Origin: Blastocatellia bacterium
GTDB taxonomy: Bacteria; Acidobacteriota; Blastocatellia; HR10
DNA length: 64,000 nucleotides
NCBI GenBank assembly: GCA_035573895.1
Contig: DATLZR010000015.1
Location: forward strand, 7,387-71,386
Reading direction: 5' to 3'
Position 1 is the stretch's first letter. Each line of letters opens with the position of its first letter. Shown here in pieces: positions 60,974 to 64,000 of the stretch. A program made the position numbers and the translations under genes. The notes below the pieces were generated by a model. It did no database searches and had not been told where the DNA came from. It was given only the letters and a program-made list of their open reading frames with translations.

Positions 60974-61534
60974 CTATTCGACATCCGCCACAACCGTCTT
61001 GGCAGCTTGCACAACCGGAGCGAAGGCGTCCGGACTTACATTGGTGGCCGCGTAGACTGCCTTTTTCTTCCGGTAGACAATGACGGTGTTGGCGGCATTG
61101 AGGTCAACCTTGTATTTCTGGAGAGCGGGATCCTCGAGGCCTTTGGGGAGAACTGTGAGCGGAATGGTGATGTTTCGCTGAGCGGCCAGGGCTTCTAACC
61201 TCTCTTTCTTCTCCGGCCCGGCCACGAACACGACAAATCCACGAAGCCCACGATCCTGATGCTCCTTGACGAGACGATCAATTTGTTCGACCAACCTGGT
61301 CGAGGCCTCACTGTCGTCCTTGATGAAGGCCATGACGACAGGAGCCATGGCGTACCGTCAGACATAGCACAATTGTTTCCCCTTATTGGGGCCAGTGACG
61401 TCGAGAACATCGAAGGCCGGGGTCGAGTCCCCAACCTGGAAGGATGTCTTCGAATCCTGAGCGTGGCTGCGATAAGCAACATACCCCGCTCCAAGCAGCC
61501 CCACGCCCAGAGCAAAAGCGACAACCCTCTTCAT
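60974..61534 (-). CDS. Secreted thioredoxin-fold protein interrupted by one in-frame TGA at 61358..61360 in a C-Y-V-[TGA] context: candidate selenoprotein (CxxU) or pseudogene
   Basis: ATG at 61534 with a GGGAGGAG RBS. Signal peptide MKRVVAFALGVGLLGAGYVAYRSHAQ. The track splits it into ORFs 61358..61624 and 60974..61348, which are in the same frame. The downstream part has a Trx/Prx-like beta-alpha-beta topology. Confidence 0.5.
61304..61357 (-). other. Stable hairpin(s) immediately 3' of the in-frame UGA: candidate bacterial SECIS element
   Basis: mRNA: UGA CGGUACG CCAUGGC-UCCUGUC-GUCAUGG (7-bp stem, GU in loop, loop G about +20 from UGA). Alternative longer stem GGCUCCUGUCGUC...GACGACAGUGAGGCC. 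Confidence 0.35.
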
Positions 61535-61861
61535 AATTTTCTCTCCTCCCTGTCGAAAGTACTCACCGCCAGACGACGGTGGCGTTCCCACATAGAACCT
61601 CGCCCTTAATAGACGCAGGGACAATGATAGCGGTTACAGTCACATCTGTGAAGGCGCATTAAAGCCGTTGAGAGTTGCTCCGCTCAGGCTCTCTCGCAGA
61701 ACCATCCGGGGAGCCATCCATTCAGGGGTGCCAGCATCCAGAGGGCAGGGGTAAAGCGATAAGGGAAATACGGCTCAATCTACCCTTTCGCTTCGGGCTA
61801 CTCGCTATGGTCCATAGGATCTGTGGTTCTCCTAGAACCACTGCTTTACTCCAACCTGTGC

Positions 61862-63682
61862 ATGATAAAATGGCCAAGGATGATCGGACGACAACAATGG
61901 GGCGCACTTATCCTCGCGGTCTTTCTTGCGCCGTATTTCCTGCACCTGGGGACTTCGGCGCTGTGGGATGCTAACGAAGCCTTTTACGTCGAGGGTCCCC
62001 GCGAAATGCTGGAATCAGGGGATTTACTCTCGCCCCGATTCAATTTCAGCCTCAAGCTCAACAAGCCGATTCTTCCCTATTGGGTGGTCCTGCCCACCTT
62101 TGCACTGTTCGGCGTCAGCGAATGGTCGGAAAGAGTTGTCATTGCAACCTGCATGGTCGTAACTATTCTGCTAACCTACGCCCTTGGCCGTCGTTTGTAC
62201 GGTCACGGGGTGGGGCTGCTTGGAGCCATTGTGCTGGCATCAAGCGTCAAATTCCTGATTGTCGGTCGCCGCTCACTCATTGATGCTCTGCTGACGACAC
62301 TACTTGTGGCGGCGCTCTATCTCCTCGTTCGTGGAGCGACGGAGCGGAAATTTTCCGCCGGAGCCTATATCATGATGGGGCTTGCTGTCCTCACCAAGGG
62401 GTTGGTGGGAATCGTGATCCCCCTTGGAGTTGTCCTGACTTTTCTCCTCTGGCAGGGGATGCGACAAGCCTATCCTCGGTCATCGAGGGGTTCGGTACTG
62501 TCGTTCATCCTCCATCAGAGTCTGCGCGGGTTGAATGTCCTTCGGTTTCCTCTCGGTCTCTTCATCATCCTGGCGGTGGCGACGCCCTGGTATGCCGCCA
62601 TGATCCATCGTCATGGATGGGGGTTTCTCAGCGCTTTCATCATCGGCGACCACGTTAAGCGATTCCTTTACGGAACCTCTGGAATGTCACGTCCCTGGTG
62701 GTACTATGGGCCCGTGCTGATGAGCGAGTTCTTCCCCTGGTCCCTTTTTCTGCCCGCTGCCATAGCGGCGACAGTCCTGCGTCTTCGGTCATCCGGCGAA
62801 GCCTCCTGGGCAACAGGTACGCCGACCGACACGTTCGCGTCGTCCGCCATCTGCCGTTCACTTCCGGCAAACAGTGCCACAGGTCCCGCTTCTGGGCATC
62901 AGGGGTCAGCTCCATCGGAATGGGCTGATTGTTTTCTGCTCGCCTGGATGGGCTTCATCCTGATTTTTTTCAGCCTCTCGGTAGCCAAGCAAAACGAGTA
63001 CCTGCTACCGCTTTATCCGGCTGCCGCGCTCGTTGTCGGTCGGTTTTTCTCCGAGGCTCGGCCCTTTTCCTCCCGACTCATCAAAGGTCTGTTCGCGTTG
63101 TCTATCGCCTTGCTTGCCGGAGGGTTCATTGGCGGGGCCTGGGTTGCCGCGAGTCGGGCCCCGATGCTCTTTGACTCCCATCGGCTGCTGACGACGACCT
63201 CGGTGACTCTGCTCACAGCCGCTTTACTTCTTGCAGGCGCTTATCTGCTTGGGACCCTCCGTCAGGTCTTCGCTCTGACAGCCCTGACGATGCTCGTTCT
63301 CACCGGAGTCCTGCTCTCCCTTCTGCCGAAGCTTGAAGCCTACCGCCCGGTTCGGCACCTGGCTGAGCGCATCACCCGGGAGGCAGCCCCTGATGATCTC
63401 GTGGGATATTATCGGTTCACCGCTCCCAGCCTCTGCTACTATACCCGGAGAAAAATCTTCGAGGTCTTCACCCCCGATGAGATCAAAGAGATTCTTCGCT
63501 CCACCCGCCGCGCCTTCTGCCTCATGTATGAACGCGACATCATCGCCCTCGGCGCGGATTCCGGATGGCCTTTGCGAGTTATAGAATGTCGCCCATCGCT
63601 CTTTCCGATGACAATGAAACGATTCCTCCGCCTGCGAGGTCCCGACGATCTCGAACGTATCTGTCTGGTCACCAATCACTAG
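61862..63682 (+). CDS. GT39/ArnT-like membrane glycosyltransferase (dolichyl-phosphate-mannose protein mannosyltransferase / 4-amino-4-deoxy-L-arabinose transferase family)
   Basis: About 600 aa, polytopic. N-terminal LWDANEAFYVEGPREMLESGDLLSP (DE-containing first periplasmic loop motif). Start at 61862 or 61880; the track ORF starts at 61823. Confidence 0.75.
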   Translation: MIKWPRMIGRQQWGALILAVFLAPYFLHLGTSALWDANEAFYVEGPREMLESGDLLSPRFNFSLKLNKPILPYWVVLPTFALFGVSEWSERVVIATCMVVTILLTYALGRRLYGHGVGLLGAIVLASSVKFLIVGRRSLIDALLTTLLVAALYLLVRGATERKFSAGAYIMMGLAVLTKGLVGIVIPLGVVLTFLLWQGMRQAYPRSSRGSVLSFILHQSLRGLNVLRFPLGLFIILAVATPWYAAMIHRHGWGFLSAFIIGDHVKRFLYGTSGMSRPWWYYGPVLMSEFFPWSLFLPAAIAATVLRLRSSGEASWATGTPTDTFASSAICRSLPANSATGPASGHQGSAPSEWADCFLLAWMGFILIFFSLSVAKQNEYLLPLYPAAALVVGRFFSEARPFSSRLIKGLFALSIALLAGGFIGGAWVAASRAPMLFDSHRLLTTTSVTLLTAALLLAGAYLLGTLRQVFALTALTMLVLTGVLLSLLPKLEAYRPVRHLAERITREAAPDDLVGYYRFTAPSLCYYTRRKIFEVFTPDEIKEILRSTRRAFCLMYERDIIALGADSGWPLRVIECRPSLFPMTMKRFLRLRGPDDLERICLVTNH

Positions 63683-63960
63683 AGGCGGAAATCCCCTTCT
63701 GAAGCTCTGCGTTCCTGCGGGCGCGTCTTCAACGCGCTGTTCGTCTGGTAGTGACTCCCGGCTCCTCCGACCCCACAGCAGGACGTTCACTCCCACGGGA
63801 TAGAAGATTGTCCGCTGGGTGAGCGACACGAGTCGCTCCACATCAGGCCATCTGTCATCGCCCAATAATAAGAGACTCGCGGGCATGGCCAACGGCACGG
63901 AATCTTGACAATGAGAGGTGGGGAGAATCAGGCTTGTGAGGAGAAAAGGAGAAGAACGGT

Positions 63961-64000
63961 ATGCGTATTGCTGGCGCTTTCCTTTTAATCTCCGGGCTGA
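63961..64000 (+). CDS. 5' end of a gene running off the window (MRIAGAFLLISGL...)
   Basis: ATG preceded by an AAAGGAGAAG RBS. Only 13 codons visible. Confidence 0.3.
   Translation, partial: MRIAGAFLLISGL

Noticed and set aside
63224-63898. 224-aa minus-strand ORF overlapping the GT39 3' end
   Set aside because: Shadow of the GT39 membrane protein gene. No RBS or domain.
1-64000. CRISPR arrays, tRNA/rRNA genes, IS elements/integrases
   Set aside because: No regularly spaced direct repeats, no tRNA-like T-arm/anticodon-arm structures in intergenic regions, no transposase or integrase ORFs found on inspection.

Overview
This is a high-GC (about 63-65%) bacterial chromosomal segment, densely coding, with no rRNA, tRNA or CRISPR array detected. 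I cannot assign taxonomy from sequence alone. The first 14 kb is a minus-strand proteostasis supercluster: a baeRF/eRF1-like gene, a fused LigB(Memo-like)-AMMECR1 gene, ftsH, htrA, clpB, a J-protein (cbpA-type), an acidic coiled-coil ORF, dnaK, an rpoZ-like ORF and hsp20. It is followed by a divergent HspR-like MerR regulator translationally coupled to infA. Two near-identical HAIR-like inverted operators sit in the AT-rich hsp20/hspR divergent promoter region. The rest is mostly housekeeping and accessory metabolism. It includes cobB and pncA NAD salvage genes, rpsA, a methyltransferase-aminotransferase pair, an NfeD-SPFH pair, thiE, and a di-heme cytochrome c peroxidase with a secreted partner. 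It also includes a Tat-exported molybdenum hydroxylase operon (2Fe-2S / Mo / FAD subunits) with accessory ORFs, an M50-CBS protease, a second HtrA, a GT2 and a GT39 glycosyltransferase, two giant secreted beta-propeller repeat proteins (NHL and FG-GAP), moaC-moeA, an amidohydrolase, a nucleoside-salvage operon (pnp-udk-cdd-CoADR-like), bcp, glnE, rluD, a DASS transporter and a 902-aa secreted protein of unknown family. The most unusual region is a lower-GC islet (about 58.7-61.6 kb). It holds a fused nucleotidyltransferase-HEPN gene, an orphan 256-aa protein, and a thioredoxin-fold gene interrupted by a single in-frame TGA that falls exactly in a C-x-x-U context. That TGA is followed by strong hairpin potential, making it a candidate selenoprotein (alternatively a pseudogene).
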